DNA of 64,000 bases from an uncultured Actinomycetes bacterium (GTDB lineage: Bacteria > Actinomycetota > Acidimicrobiia > IMCC26256 > PALSA-610). The stretch lies in contig CAWEUJ010000004.1 in NCBI GenBank assembly GCA_963812205.1, positions 984,496-1,048,495 of the forward strand. Reading direction: 5' to 3'. Both the position numbers and the translations under genes were made by a program. Of this stretch, positions 28,157 through 38,081 are shown piece after piece; within the stretch, counting starts at the first letter, position 1; every line of letters starts with the position of its first letter. The notes beneath the pieces were generated by a model. It saw only the letters and a program-made list of their open reading frames with translations, was not told the DNA's origin and ran no database searches.

Positions 28157-28995
28157 CCGTGCTGACGCTGCAGCCCACGGAGCTGGCGGCAGGCTTCACG
28201 TATGGCGAGGGGCCCCGTTGGCACGACGGCCGGCTCTGGTTCTCCGACATGCACGCCGACGTCGTTCGCACCGTAGACGCCGACGGCGTGGTCGGCGTCG
28301 GCGCGAGCTCCCATCACCCGTCGGGTATCGGCTGGACAGCGGACGGCGATTTGCTCGTGACATCGCTCGAGCACGCGGTGTTGCACCGGATCACGCCCGA
28401 CGGGCCGCAGGTGCACTGCGACCTCAGCGAGTTCGGGCCGTCGCTCAACGACATGGTGGCCCTGCCGGACGGACGCGTGTACGTCGACGTCTATACAAGG
28501 CGGGGCGGCGGGCCTCCGCCCGGCGACCTCGCGCTGGTCGCGCCCGACGGCACGGCGCAGATCGTCGCGAGCGGGCTGGCCACCCCGAACGGCCTGGCGG
28601 TCACGCCGGACGGCACCACGCTGGTGGCGGCCGAGACCTTCGGCAGCCGGCTGCAAGCATGGACGATCCAGGACGACGGGAGCCTCACCGACCAGCGGGT
28701 GTTCGCCGAGCTCGGTGAGCGCAAGCCCGACGGGATCTGCATCGACGTCGAGGGCGCGGTATGGGTCGGGTGCTTCCTCTCCAGTGAGTTCCTGCGCGTG
28801 CTCGATGGCGGCGAGATCACCCACCGCGTGCCCACGGGCCAGAGCTGGGCGGTGGCGCCCGCGCTTGGCGGGCAGGAGATGCGCACGCTCTATCTCGTCG
28901 TGAACGACACCACGTTCGCGGGGCTCGCCACCGGCGAGTCGACCTGCCGCATCGAGACTGTCGAGGTTGACGTTCCGGGCGCAGGTTCGCCCTGA
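28153..28995 (+). CDS. SMP-30/gluconolactonase/LRE-like beta-propeller lactonase
   Basis: ATGA overlap with the BVMO stop. Motifs are GEGPRW, PNGLAVTPDG and PDGICIDVEGAVWV. Confidence 0.8.
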   Translation: MTVLTLQPTELAAGFTYGEGPRWHDGRLWFSDMHADVVRTVDADGVVGVGASSHHPSGIGWTADGDLLVTSLEHAVLHRITPDGPQVHCDLSEFGPSLNDMVALPDGRVYVDVYTRRGGGPPPGDLALVAPDGTAQIVASGLATPNGLAVTPDGTTLVAAETFGSRLQAWTIQDDGSLTDQRVFAELGERKPDGICIDVEGAVWVGCFLSSEFLRVLDGGEITHRVPTGQSWAVAPALGGQEMRTLYLVVNDTTFAGLATGESTCRIETVEVDVPGAGSP

Positions 28996-29025
28996 GGTCG
29001 ACCCTTCCCTGCCGAGAGGAACGCC

Positions 29026-29790
29026 ATGAGACTCACAGGCCGCGTTGCACTTGTCATCGGTGGATCGTCAGGCATCGGACGCGCCTGCGTGGACGCCCTC
29101 GCTGCTGACGGCGCGGCCGTCGTGGTCGCAGATGTCAACGAGGCGGGAGGTGAACAGGCCGTCGCTGACGTGACCGCCGCCGGCGGCACGGCCGCCTTCG
29201 TCCGCACGACGATCCTGGAGGAGCAGTCCGTCGCCGATGCCGTCCGCTTCGCCGTCGACACCTTCGGCGGCCTCAACATTTTGGTCACGAGCGTCCTCGG
29301 CCGGCCACCAGAGGACGTCCGCGGTGGGCCCGAGGGGTGGAAGTACATGGTCGACCTGTTCCAGACCGGGCCGTACTACGCCAGTCGCCAGGCGCTGCCG
29401 GCGATCATCGAGAGCGGCAACGGGTCCGTGATCCACGTTGCGTCGATTGCCGGCATCCGCGGCTCGCTCATCGGCGACGTCGACACGACCGCCTACCCGA
29501 CCGCCAAGCACGGCGTCATCGGGCTGACGAAGAGCCTTGCGCTGCACTACGGCCCGAAGGGCGTCCGCGTCAACGCGATCTGCCCGGGCTACATCAAGAC
29601 GCAGGCGACGAAGCAGATCCATGAGGCGGACACCGAGGGTGCGTACATCCGCGACACGCTTCGCGTGCCGCTCGAGCGTTGGGGGCGACCCGAGGAGATC
29701 GGCACGGTCGCGTCCTTCCTCGCGTCGGATGACGCCTCGTTCATCACCGGTCAGGTGATCGTCGCCGACGGCGGTATGACGGCCCGTTAG
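29026..29790 (+). CDS. short-chain dehydrogenase/reductase (SDR)
   Basis: Motifs are IGGSSGIGRA, S...YPTAK and ADGGMTA. Confidence 0.85.
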   Translation: MRLTGRVALVIGGSSGIGRACVDALAADGAAVVVADVNEAGGEQAVADVTAAGGTAAFVRTTILEEQSVADAVRFAVDTFGGLNILVTSVLGRPPEDVRGGPEGWKYMVDLFQTGPYYASRQALPAIIESGNGSVIHVASIAGIRGSLIGDVDTTAYPTAKHGVIGLTKSLALHYGPKGVRVNAICPGYIKTQATKQIHEADTEGAYIRDTLRVPLERWGRPEEIGTVASFLASDDASFITGQVIVADGGMTAR

Positions 29791-29951
29791 ACGATCCGTC
29801 GGGGCCGACGGTCTTCGAGGAGTACACGTGTGAACTCGAAGGCGGCGCGGTCCTTGCCTCGGCTGCACACGTACCCGGACTGCGCTGCGAGCGTCTGCTC
29901 GCGGGCGAGACTCCGCGCCGGTGGACGTTGTCGTGAGCCAGCCGTTATTAT

Positions 29952-29969
29952 CTGACACTGGAGTGTCAC
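29952..29969. promoter_or_regulatory. cluster operator motif, copy 3: CTGACA CTGGAG TGTCAC
   Basis: It lies 23 nt upstream of GTG 29992. A TATTAT hexamer (29946-29951) abuts its left edge. Confidence 0.7.
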
Positions 29970-29991
29970 TTTTTTCGAGAGGGATGAGGGT

Positions 29992-31194
29992 GTGACGACC
30001 ACGACGTCGGATGTCAGCTTCGACCTGTACGACCGTGACCTCTACAAATCGCCCTACGCGATGTACCGACGCCTTCGCGACGAAGCGCCGCTGTACTACA
30101 ACGAGCAGTACAAGTACTACGCGGTCAGCCGCTTCGACGATGTTGGACGAGTGTTGAGCGATCGCGACGTCTTCATCTCGGGGAAGGGTGGCGTCTACGA
30201 GTTCGCGGCCGCGGGCATCGACATGCCGGACGGGCTCTTCATCTTCGAGGACCCGCCCGGGCACCCGATCCATCGCCGGCTCGTCTCCCGGCTCTTCACG
30301 CCGAAGGCGATCAGCGGACTCGAGCCGATGATTTCCACTCTGTTCCACCAGCGCGCGGAGTCTCTGGTCGGACAGGAGCGGTTCGACTACGTCAAGGATT
30401 TCGCGAACTACCTGCCCATTCAGGTCATCGGCATGCTCTTCGGACTCCCGGAGAAGGACTATGTCGCGTTGCGGGACACGTTCCACCGAACGATGAACGA
30501 AGGGACCGCAGACCGTGACGGCGATGCGCTCGGTGGCATCGCGGAAGTCGGCGTCTTCTTCAGCGAATATCTCGACTACCGGGCCGAGCACCCCAGTGAC
30601 GACCTGATGACCGAGTTGCTGAATCTCGAGTTCGAAGACCAGACCGGCACTCGACGACAGCTCCGCCGCGAGGAGCTGCTCACGTACTTGGTCCTCATCA
30701 CGGGCGCGGGAAGCGACACGACGGTGAACTCGATCGGTTGGATGGGGCAGCTGCTCGGCGATTATCCCGACCAGCGCCGCATGCTTGTCGCCGACCCGTC
30801 CCTTATCCCGAATGCGGTCGAGGAATCGCTGCGGTACGAGCCGCCCTCATACCACATCGCTCGAACCGTTGCCGTCGACGTCGAGCTTCACGGCACGACC
30901 GTGCCGGCCGGCAGCATCATCATCACCTTGCCCGGTGCTGCAAACCGCGACGACCGTCACTACGCGGACGGCGACACGTTCGACGTCACGCGCAGGGTCG
31001 ATCAGCAGTTCGCGTTTTCGTTCGGACCGCACTTCTGTCTCGGCGCCTCGCTCGCTCGCCTCGAGACGAGGATTGCGACCGAAGCGATCCTTCAGCGGTT
31101 CCCGGACTTCGCGGTCGACCACGACAACACGGCGCTGACCGAAGGAATCGCGACACGCGGTTGGGACAACCTGCCAGTGGAGGTATCGAGATGA
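29992..31194 (+). CDS. cytochrome P450
   Basis: The I-helix is LITGAGSDTT, the ExxR is EESLRY, and the heme loop is FSFGPHFCLGASLAR. 400 aa. Confidence 0.9.
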   Translation: MTTTTSDVSFDLYDRDLYKSPYAMYRRLRDEAPLYYNEQYKYYAVSRFDDVGRVLSDRDVFISGKGGVYEFAAAGIDMPDGLFIFEDPPGHPIHRRLVSRLFTPKAISGLEPMISTLFHQRAESLVGQERFDYVKDFANYLPIQVIGMLFGLPEKDYVALRDTFHRTMNEGTADRDGDALGGIAEVGVFFSEYLDYRAEHPSDDLMTELLNLEFEDQTGTRRQLRREELLTYLVLITGAGSDTTVNSIGWMGQLLGDYPDQRRMLVADPSLIPNAVEESLRYEPPSYHIARTVAVDVELHGTTVPAGSIIITLPGAANRDDRHYADGDTFDVTRRVDQQFAFSFGPHFCLGASLARLETRIATEAILQRFPDFAVDHDNTALTEGIATRGWDNLPVEVSR

Positions 31195-31260
31195 CCGACG
31201 ATCCGAGCTGGACGAGCCGCGTGGCTACCGAAACGCAATCGAAGGCGTAAGGAACGTTCG

Positions 31261-32454
31261 ATGACAACACACCAGCTCGGCTTTCCGGTCTACGACGCCG
31301 ACAACCACTTCTACGAACAAACCGATGCGTTCACGCGGCACCTCCCACGCGAATACGAAGGTTTGATCAAGTACGTAGAGGTGAAGGGGCGCACGAAGAT
31401 CGCAATCAAGAACGTGGTCTCCGACTACATCCCGAACCCGACATTCGAGGTCGTTGCGCGCCCCGGCGCGCAGCAGGAGTACTTCAAGCACGGCAACCCG
31501 GAAGGAAAGTCTCGCCGCGAGATCCTTGGCGAGCCGATGCGCGCAATCGATGCATTCTTTTCGCCCGAACCGCGGCTCGCGTTGCTCGACGAGCTCGGCA
31601 TCGACCGAACACTGATGTGGCCGACTCTCGCGAGCCTGCTCGAGGAGCGCTTGAGCGACGACCCGCGCGCCACCCACGCCGTCATCCACGCGTTCAACCA
31701 GTGGATGCACGACGAATGGACGTTCAACTACCGCGATCGCATCTTCCCGACACCGATCATCACGCTGCCGATCGTCGAGCGCGCGATCGAAGAGCTCGAA
31801 TGGGTACTAGAGCGCGGCGCGAAGATCGTCCTGATCCGTCCTGCGCCGGTGCCGGGATACGAGGGTATCCGCTCCTTCGCGCTCCCGGAGTTCGATCCGT
31901 TCTGGCAGAAGGTCGCGGAAGCAGACATCGCCGTTGGCATGCACTCGTCCGACGACGGCACCACCAAGTACCTCAACCTGTGGGAAGGCTGGAACGGCGA
32001 ATACCGGCCCTGGGGCAAGCAGAGCGCGTTCGAAGAAGTGTTCCGGCACCAGCACCGCGGGATCATGGACGCGATGATGTCGGCGGTTTGCCACGGGCTG
32101 TTCACGCGGTTCCCGACGCTTCGCGTGCTGCCTATCGAGACGGGATCGGTGTGGGTCGCGCCGCTCCTCAAACTGCTTGAGCACGGTTACGAGATGAATC
32201 CGACGCTGTTCGAGGAGGATCCCGTTTCGGTTTTCAAGCGCAACGTGTGGGTGCATCCGTTCCACGAGGACGACCCGATGGCACTCGTGCGGTTGATCGG
32301 TGCCGACCGCGTGCTGTTCGGATCTGACTACCCGCACCCCGAAGGTCTTGAGGAACCGCGCAGCTACGTCGACCGATTGAGCGAACTGCCGGCAGCGGAC
32401 ATCGCGCGCGTCATGGGCGGCAACCTCGCCGGAGTGATGAATTTCGCCGCGTGA
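31261..32454 (+). CDS. amidohydrolase-2 (PF04909-like) family protein
   Basis: The N-terminus is VYDADNHFYE and the C-terminus is VLFGSDYPHPEG. 397 aa. Confidence 0.8.
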   Translation: MTTHQLGFPVYDADNHFYEQTDAFTRHLPREYEGLIKYVEVKGRTKIAIKNVVSDYIPNPTFEVVARPGAQQEYFKHGNPEGKSRREILGEPMRAIDAFFSPEPRLALLDELGIDRTLMWPTLASLLEERLSDDPRATHAVIHAFNQWMHDEWTFNYRDRIFPTPIITLPIVERAIEELEWVLERGAKIVLIRPAPVPGYEGIRSFALPEFDPFWQKVAEADIAVGMHSSDDGTTKYLNLWEGWNGEYRPWGKQSAFEEVFRHQHRGIMDAMMSAVCHGLFTRFPTLRVLPIETGSVWVAPLLKLLEHGYEMNPTLFEEDPVSVFKRNVWVHPFHEDDPMALVRLIGADRVLFGSDYPHPEGLEEPRSYVDRLSELPAADIARVMGGNLAGVMNFAA

Positions 32455-32464
32455 GGGAGCGGCG

Positions 32465-32710
32465 TTGTCCGAGCACCGGCCACTCGAGAACAAGGTGGCG
32501 CTGATCACCGGCGCGAGCCGGGGCATCGGAAAGGGCCGTGCGCTCAGCTTCGCTGAGGCGGGTGCCGACCTGTTGCCGACGGTTCGCTCCATGGATGATC
32601 TCGAGAGGACCGCGAGACTGCGGCTGGCGAACTATCTCGGTCGCGGCGACTACACTGCCCCCGAACAAGCCGCGCTCAGAGCTTCGAGGAACCTTGCGTC
32701 GAGCGGATGA
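32465..32710 (+). pseudogene. SDR N-terminal stub (truncated relic)
   Basis: It reads LENKVALITGASRGIGKGRALSFAEAGADL...DDLERTA, which is the Rossmann start of an SDR. The rest is missing, and the ORF runs into the 3' end of the convergent thioesterase gene. Confidence 0.5.
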
Positions 32711-33503
32711 TCGCGTCCTGCACGAACGACGCGATCAATTCACCGTGCTCGGTGAACACGTTGCCGCGTCCGTAGCACCGGCCATGTCCGGCGTGCGAGG
32801 AGTGCTGCGAGAGCAGGAGCCACGCAGCCGCCGAGAAGGGCTCGTGGAACGTGATGGTGTGGCTGAGGACGCCGGTTGACAATGTCACGTGCGCCTGCGA
32901 CTGACCGACGCCTGCGTGCGGTCGCATCGCGGTACCAATAAGGAAGCCGTCGGTGGCGTACGCGAGCAAGGCTTGCGAGATGACGCGGTCGTCGGGCGCG
33001 CCGACGAAACGCGTCCACACATCGAGATCGGGCGGACCGATGAGTTCGGGGTCTCGGATGTCGACGCCGTCCGCGTAGCGGATCTCCCAGGGTCCCTCGT
33101 CGACGGCTCGTTCCTGCCCGTCACCGGGCGCTGGCACATCGGGCATCGGGTCGCCGTGATGGATGAGGTTTGGCTCGTCTGCGCTGAGTAGCACTTGCGC
33201 GCGGGCAATCAGGCGGTCGTCTTGCTTGAACGTCACGGTCGTGTTCGCGATGGCGCGGCCTCGGTGCAGGCACTCGACGATGATGTCGAGCGGGGCGTCC
33301 AACGAACCCGCGCGGGCGAACACTGCGTGGACCGTCTTCACCATCTTCTCGGGATCGACTGTGGTCGCCGCGACGATCGACTGCGCGAGCATCTGCCCGC
33401 CGAACACAACGGGACCGTCTGCATCCGTGTTCGGCGCGCGGTAGCGCCCTTCGCCGACCGATTCGAGCGAGAGCGACGCGAGCAGGCCGTCGAGTGTGAG
33501 CAT
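32676..33503 (-). CDS. acyl-CoA thioesterase II (TesB-like double hot-dog)
   Basis: 275 aa. Motifs are VFGGQMLAQS, HAVFARAG and a C-terminal half with HEPF...GRGNVFTEHGELIASFVQDA. Confidence 0.8.
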   Translation of the reverse strand: MLTLDGLLASLSLESVGEGRYRAPNTDADGPVVFGGQMLAQSIVAATTVDPEKMVKTVHAVFARAGSLDAPLDIIVECLHRGRAIANTTVTFKQDDRLIARAQVLLSADEPNLIHHGDPMPDVPAPGDGQERAVDEGPWEIRYADGVDIRDPELIGPPDLDVWTRFVGAPDDRVISQALLAYATDGFLIGTAMRPHAGVGQSQAHVTLSTGVLSHTITFHEPFSAAAWLLLSQHSSHAGHGRCYGRGNVFTEHGELIASFVQDAIIRSTQGSSKL

Positions 33504-33509
33504 CGGCCG

Positions 33510-34445
33510 TCAGGTATTCGGCGCGCGGTCGTCGCGAGGCCGAATCGCCGGCGCTTCGCGCCACGATGGCACCCCGTGCTCGGGTGTTCCCGTCGCGAAC
33601 TCGCCCTTCGTGATCCATGCCCAGTGTGAGTGGTTGAGCTCATGCAGTGTGAAGCAGGCGTTGAGCGCGTTGTAGAAGCCCATGTTGTCGACGGACTGGT
33701 TCACCGCTTCCTTGATCAGCAGCGCGGTCATTGTTGGGCGGTCGGCGATGCGGCGCGCAAACTCGAGCGTGCGATCGCGGAGCTCGTCGGCGGGGAAGAT
33801 CTTGCTGACCATGCCGATGGCGTGGGCCTCCTCGACGCTCATGGAGTCGCCGGTCAGCAGCAGTTCCTTGGCGCGGCGAGGGCCGAGTTCCCACGGGTGC
33901 GCGAAGTACTCCACGCCGCACATTCCGAGGCGGGCGCCGACGACGTCGGCGAAGGTGGTGTTGTCCGCCGCGACGATGAGATCGCACGCCCACATCAACA
34001 TGAGTCCGGCCGCGTACACCGGGCCGTGTACCTCGGCGATGGTGATCTTGCGCAGGTTGCGCCAGCGCCTCGTGCTGTCGAAGTAGTAGTGCCACTCCTG
34101 CAGCATCAGTGCCTCGGCGGCGTTGCGCGTACCGCCGTTGATGCGGCGGGTCGGATGTTGTTCGGGTCCGGGTAAGAACTCGCGGCGCTGGACGTCGGAT
34201 CCCATGTCGTGACCCGACGAGAACATCTTGCCGGCGCCTCCGAGGATCACAACCCGGACTTCATCGTCGGCCTCGGCGCGGAGAAACGCTTCGTTCAGCT
34301 CGACGAGCAGTCCGCGGTTCTGGGCGTTGCGGGCGTCGGGGCGGTTCAGCATGATGCGCGCGATCCGGCCGTCATCAACCGTTTCGTACGTGATGAAGCT
34401 GAAATCGGTCACGGTTTCCCCCTCGGTTTTCGGGAAGAGCGCCAT
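33510..34445 (-). CDS. enoyl-CoA hydratase/isomerase (crotonase) family protein
   Basis: Start at the internal ATG 34445 (MALFPKTEGE...). Motifs are IMLNRPDARNA, GGAGKMFSSGHD and PVYAAGLMLMWACD. The longer tracked ORF would cross the operator and the divergent gene. Confidence 0.8.
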   Translation of the reverse strand: MALFPKTEGETVTDFSFITYETVDDGRIARIMLNRPDARNAQNRGLLVELNEAFLRAEADDEVRVVILGGAGKMFSSGHDMGSDVQRREFLPGPEQHPTRRINGGTRNAAEALMLQEWHYYFDSTRRWRNLRKITIAEVHGPVYAAGLMLMWACDLIVAADNTTFADVVGARLGMCGVEYFAHPWELGPRRAKELLLTGDSMSVEEAHAIGMVSKIFPADELRDRTLEFARRIADRPTMTALLIKEAVNQSVDNMGFYNALNACFTLHELNHSHWAWITKGEFATGTPEHGVPSWREAPAIRPRDDRAPNT

Positions 34446-34455
34446 GGTCGCATTT

Positions 34456-34473
34456 CTGACAGTAGGTTGCCAC
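34456..34473. promoter_or_regulatory. cluster operator motif, copy 4: CTGACA GTAGGT TGCCAC
   Basis: It lies in the 75-bp divergent gap between the two crotonase genes: 11 nt from ATG 34445 (-) and 48 nt from ATG 34521 (+). Confidence 0.7.
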
Positions 34474-34520
34474 TTCGGGCACAGGGGTGCGCCGCGGATC
34501 GCTCCCGCTAGGGTCAGTTC

Positions 34521-35354
34521 ATGCCGACTTACGAAACACTCTTGTACGAAGAAAAAGACGGGGTCGCGATCGTCACGCTGAACCGTCCGGAAGTCATGAA
34601 CGCGTTCAACGCCAAGATGCGCGAGGAGATGCAGAACCTCTGGCGCTTCCTGCGTGGCCACGACGACGTTCGCTGCGTCATCCTGACCGGCGCCGGCGAG
34701 AAGGCGTGGTGCACCGGGATCGACCGCCACGAAAGCCTCGAGAACTACGGCGAGAAACGGTCACAGCGTCCCGACTACGACACGGCGATCGGCACCGTCG
34801 GCGGGCCGTACATGTTCAACGACCCGGGGGAGTTCCTGAACCCCAAGGAAAACGACTACTGGAAGCCGGTCGTCGCCGCCGTGAACGGCATGGCGTGTGG
34901 TGGTGCGCTTTACATGCTTGGCGAGGTCGACATCATCATCGCCGCCGAGCACGCGACATTCTTCGATCCGCACGTAACGTACGGCATGGTCAACGGATTC
35001 GAAGCAATGCACCTGCTGCAAAAGCTTCCGCTCGGTGAGACGCTTCGGGTCGCACTCCTCGGCGGTATGGAACGCATGTCCGCGGCGCGCGCGCACCAGC
35101 TTGGCCTCGTGTCCGAGGTGGTCCCCAAGGAAGAACTGCTCGAACGCGCGATGTGGGTCGCGAGCGCGATCGCATCGGCTCCGCCCGTCGCCATCCAAGG
35201 CACGTTGCGTGCTATCTGGACGGCGCACGATGTCGGTCGTCGCAACGCCATTGCGCAGGCTTCCACAATCGTGATGCTCGGGACGGTGCCCGAGAACCTG
35301 GCCGAAGGTCAGAACACGTTCAAGTCGAAACAGCGCGAGTGGCGTCTGCGCTAA
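34521..35354 (+). CDS. enoyl-CoA hydratase/isomerase family protein
   Basis: Motifs are VTLNRPEVMNA, TGAGEKAWCTGID and VNGMACGGAL. Confidence 0.85.
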   Translation: MPTYETLLYEEKDGVAIVTLNRPEVMNAFNAKMREEMQNLWRFLRGHDDVRCVILTGAGEKAWCTGIDRHESLENYGEKRSQRPDYDTAIGTVGGPYMFNDPGEFLNPKENDYWKPVVAAVNGMACGGALYMLGEVDIIIAAEHATFFDPHVTYGMVNGFEAMHLLQKLPLGETLRVALLGGMERMSAARAHQLGLVSEVVPKEELLERAMWVASAIASAPPVAIQGTLRAIWTAHDVGRRNAIAQASTIVMLGTVPENLAEGQNTFKSKQREWRLR

Positions 35355-35376
35355 AGGTCGGACGCCGGCTGTCGCT

Positions 35377-36162
35377 CTACTGTTCCCCGATGTCGGGGTA
35401 GACCGGCGTCTCTCCGGCTCGACTCGCGTGTAGCGCGATTTTCGAGTCGGGATAGTCCATCATCCGAGCCGTGAGGCTCTGCTCGTGCTCGTAGCCGGTG
35501 CGGATGTCACGAAATTCGATGTCATTCAGGCCGCGCTTGCCCATGCGGACCGCCGTGGGGCTGTAGGCAGCGACGCGTCGTGCTTCGGCTTGGGCCCGAC
35601 CGAGCAATTCCTCGCGCGGGACGACTGCGATCACCGCGCCGAGCGCGTGCATTTCTGCACCGCTCAACCGCTGACCGGTGAAGAACATCCAGCGAACCAT
35701 CGGTTGACCGACCAGCCGGCCGAGGTGACGCGCGCCGCCGTGCACCCCCACGCTGAGCTCGGGCAATCCGAAGCTTGCATCGTCGGCGGCGACGACGAAA
35801 TCGCATGACGCGGCGAGGACGAGGCCGGTACCGAGTGCGACACCGGCGACGGCGCCGATGACGGGAACGGCACACTCCTGGATCGCGAAGAAGGCCTCGC
35901 GCACATGGAACATGCGCTCGCGCACGTTGTCGCGATCCATCGTGGCGAAGTCGTCGAGGTCGTTGCCTGCACAGAAGTGTTTGCCGTTCCCCGTGAACAC
36001 AACGGCTCGTACGCCGGGGCCGATCTGGTCGATGTCGACGAACAGATCCCGAATCTGCCGGTACATGATCAGGTCGACGGCGTTGACGGGCGGCCGGTTC
36101 ATCGCGACAGTCGCGATTCCGTCGGCGAGATCGATCACGAGGCGGTCGAAAGGCTGGTCCAC
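35377..36162 (-). CDS. enoyl-CoA hydratase/isomerase family protein
   Basis: Motifs are VAMNRPPVNA, TGNGKHFCAGND and VAGVALGTGLVLAASCD. Confidence 0.85.
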   Translation of the reverse strand: MDQPFDRLVIDLADGIATVAMNRPPVNAVDLIMYRQIRDLFVDIDQIGPGVRAVVFTGNGKHFCAGNDLDDFATMDRDNVRERMFHVREAFFAIQECAVPVIGAVAGVALGTGLVLAASCDFVVAADDASFGLPELSVGVHGGARHLGRLVGQPMVRWMFFTGQRLSGAEMHALGAVIAVVPREELLGRAQAEARRVAAYSPTAVRMGKRGLNDIEFRDIRTGYEHEQSLTARMMDYPDSKIALHASRAGETPVYPDIGEQ

Positions 36163-36172
36163 GGGTTTGCTC

Positions 36173-37937
36173 CTATGACTTCAGTTGCGCGACGAGACGC
36201 GGCACGATGTCGCGCCAATCGCCGCAGATGCCGGTGTCGGCGTGTTGCCAGATTGGTGCGTCGCGTTCGGGGTTGATCGCGAGCACCGTTTGCGCGGCGC
36301 GGATGCCGACGGTGTGGTTGAACTTACCGCTCGCGCCGATGCTCACGAACAGGCGCGGCGCGATTGAGCGGCCCGTGATGCCGATCTGGCGTGAGCGGGG
36401 GAGCCAGCCCTTGTCGGTGACCTTTCGCGTCGCGCCGAGCTCGGCGCCCAGTTTGGTTCGGAGCGGTTCGAGCGCGTCGTACTCGTCGGGCGCGACACCC
36501 TGACCGATCCCGATCACCGTGCGCGCGTCGGCGAGGATGTCGATGTCGTCCTGACGTGTGCGGGCGAGGATCCGCACACGGCTGCGCCGCTCGATCGGGC
36601 GCGTGTGAAACGGCGCGTCAGCCGGTGGGTATTGGCGAGCAGGTCGCAGGGGCAGCACGCCCGGCCGCACGGTGACGATCTGGGGGTTGCGCCGGTAACC
36701 CACCGCGGCAATGAGCTGGCCACCGAATGCCGGCTTCCACGCGGTGAGTTGGTCGCGAGTGAGGTCGAGTTCCATCGCGTCGCCGACGAGTCCGGCACCT
36801 ATGTGGGCGGCAACGCGGGACGCCACCTCGCGCCCCCAGGCCGTGCTACCGACGAGCACGATCTCGGGGTTGCGTTGGTCGATCACCGTTTGCAGGCTCG
36901 CCGCGATGTCTTGTTCGACATTCTCGCCGTCGAGACGCATGACTTGGTCCGCGCCCCACGAAACGAGTGCCGGCACGTCGGCCCACTCGACCGTCACCGC
37001 GACGACGTTGCCGGTGAGGCGCGCGGCTTCACCGAGCAACTCGCGCGTCGTCTGCGCTCGATCGGGTTCGCACACGACCATCACGCACGGCGTGTGCGCG
37101 CGCGGCGGTGCAACCGGCTCCGTAGTGGCGGTCGTATCGGCGCGCAACGCGCCTCGTTCGTTGAGCACGTCGAGCGCGTGCGCGATCTGTGCGTCGATGC
37201 CCGCGTCGAACGCGAAGCTCTTCGCGCGTGCAACCTCCATCACCTTCACCGGGCCGACCCAAGTGGGTGACGCGGCATCGCCCCATGGCCCGTCGCCGAG
37301 CTCGGCTGCGGTCAGCGTGCGGATGCGTTCGACGGGCACTGCGGCGCGGCCGCCGGCGTCTACTTTCGCGGGATCGATCAATCGCTCCGCGCACGAGAGG
37401 ATCGCGGGTAGCTCGACGTCGGCTTGCACCCAGCCGTCGTCGTGCTCGCAGCGGGCGTGTACCGTCGTTCCTTCGAGCGCGAGGTGGCGCACGCCGGTGA
37501 GCAACGGGAGTTGCAGCAACTCGGCGACTTCGGCGGGAACTTGCCCGGTGTCGGCATCCACCGAGTTGCGGCCGGAGAGCACGAGATCGAACGGTCCGGC
37601 GTGTTCGAGTGCGGCGACGACCGCCCTCGCAGTCGCGAGCGTGTCGGAGCCCGCGAACGCGGGATCCGGTAATTAGCACGCCGTCTATGTCGACATTGCG
37701 GTCGAGGCCCCACGCGATCGCTTCGCGCAACGAATCCTCGGCCGGCGGCGGCCCGAGCGTAACCACCGTGACGCGTGTGTTCTCGCGTTCCGCGGCCAGT
37801 GCCACCGCCTGCGCGACCGCGCGCCGGCAGTACGGATTCATCTCGAGCTCGATGTCGTCGCGCACGAGCCGCCCGTCGGGCCCGAGCTTCAGCTCCTCGA
37901 ACCTCGGCACCTGCTTCACCAGAACGGCGATCCGCAT
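36173..37937 (-). pseudogene. electron transfer flavoprotein, EtfB-EtfA fusion, interrupted by a +1 frameshift at 37666/37667
   Basis: The EtfB N-terminus (MRIAVLVKQVPRFEELKL...IDGVLIT) is in one frame. After one extra G it continues as DPAFAGSDTLATARAVVAAL...LSGRNSVDADTGQVPAEVAELLQLP through an in-frame ~20-aa linker into EtfA (CVMVVCEPD...SIGASGKFNHTVG...LAINPERDAPIWQHAD). There is no stop between the two halves. Confidence 0.75.
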
Positions 37938-38035
37938 ACCAAGGTCTGCTGGAACGAGATCGGTATCGCTCGCCACTGCCCCAGATGTGAACCAGCCTGA
38001 CACTGAGCTTGACGCTATACGAGGTCGGCCATATC

Positions 38036-38053
38036 GTGACAGTTGAGTGTCAC
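38036..38053. promoter_or_regulatory. cluster operator motif, copy 5: GTGACA GTTGAG TGTCAC
   Basis: It lies in the divergent gap between etfBA (-) and an amidohydrolase (+). It is preceded by TTGACG (38008-38013), 17-18 nt, then TATCGT. Confidence 0.7.
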
Positions 38054-38081
38054 TTACGAACAAAAAGGATGCGAGGTAACA

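Noticed and set aside
31191-31250. A 19-codon ORF (MTDDPSWTSRVATETQSKA) overlapping the P450 stop by ATGA, considered as a possible missing redox partner or leader peptide.
   Set aside because: It is far too short for a ferredoxin, has no Cys residues and no recognisable motif. It is probably fortuitous.
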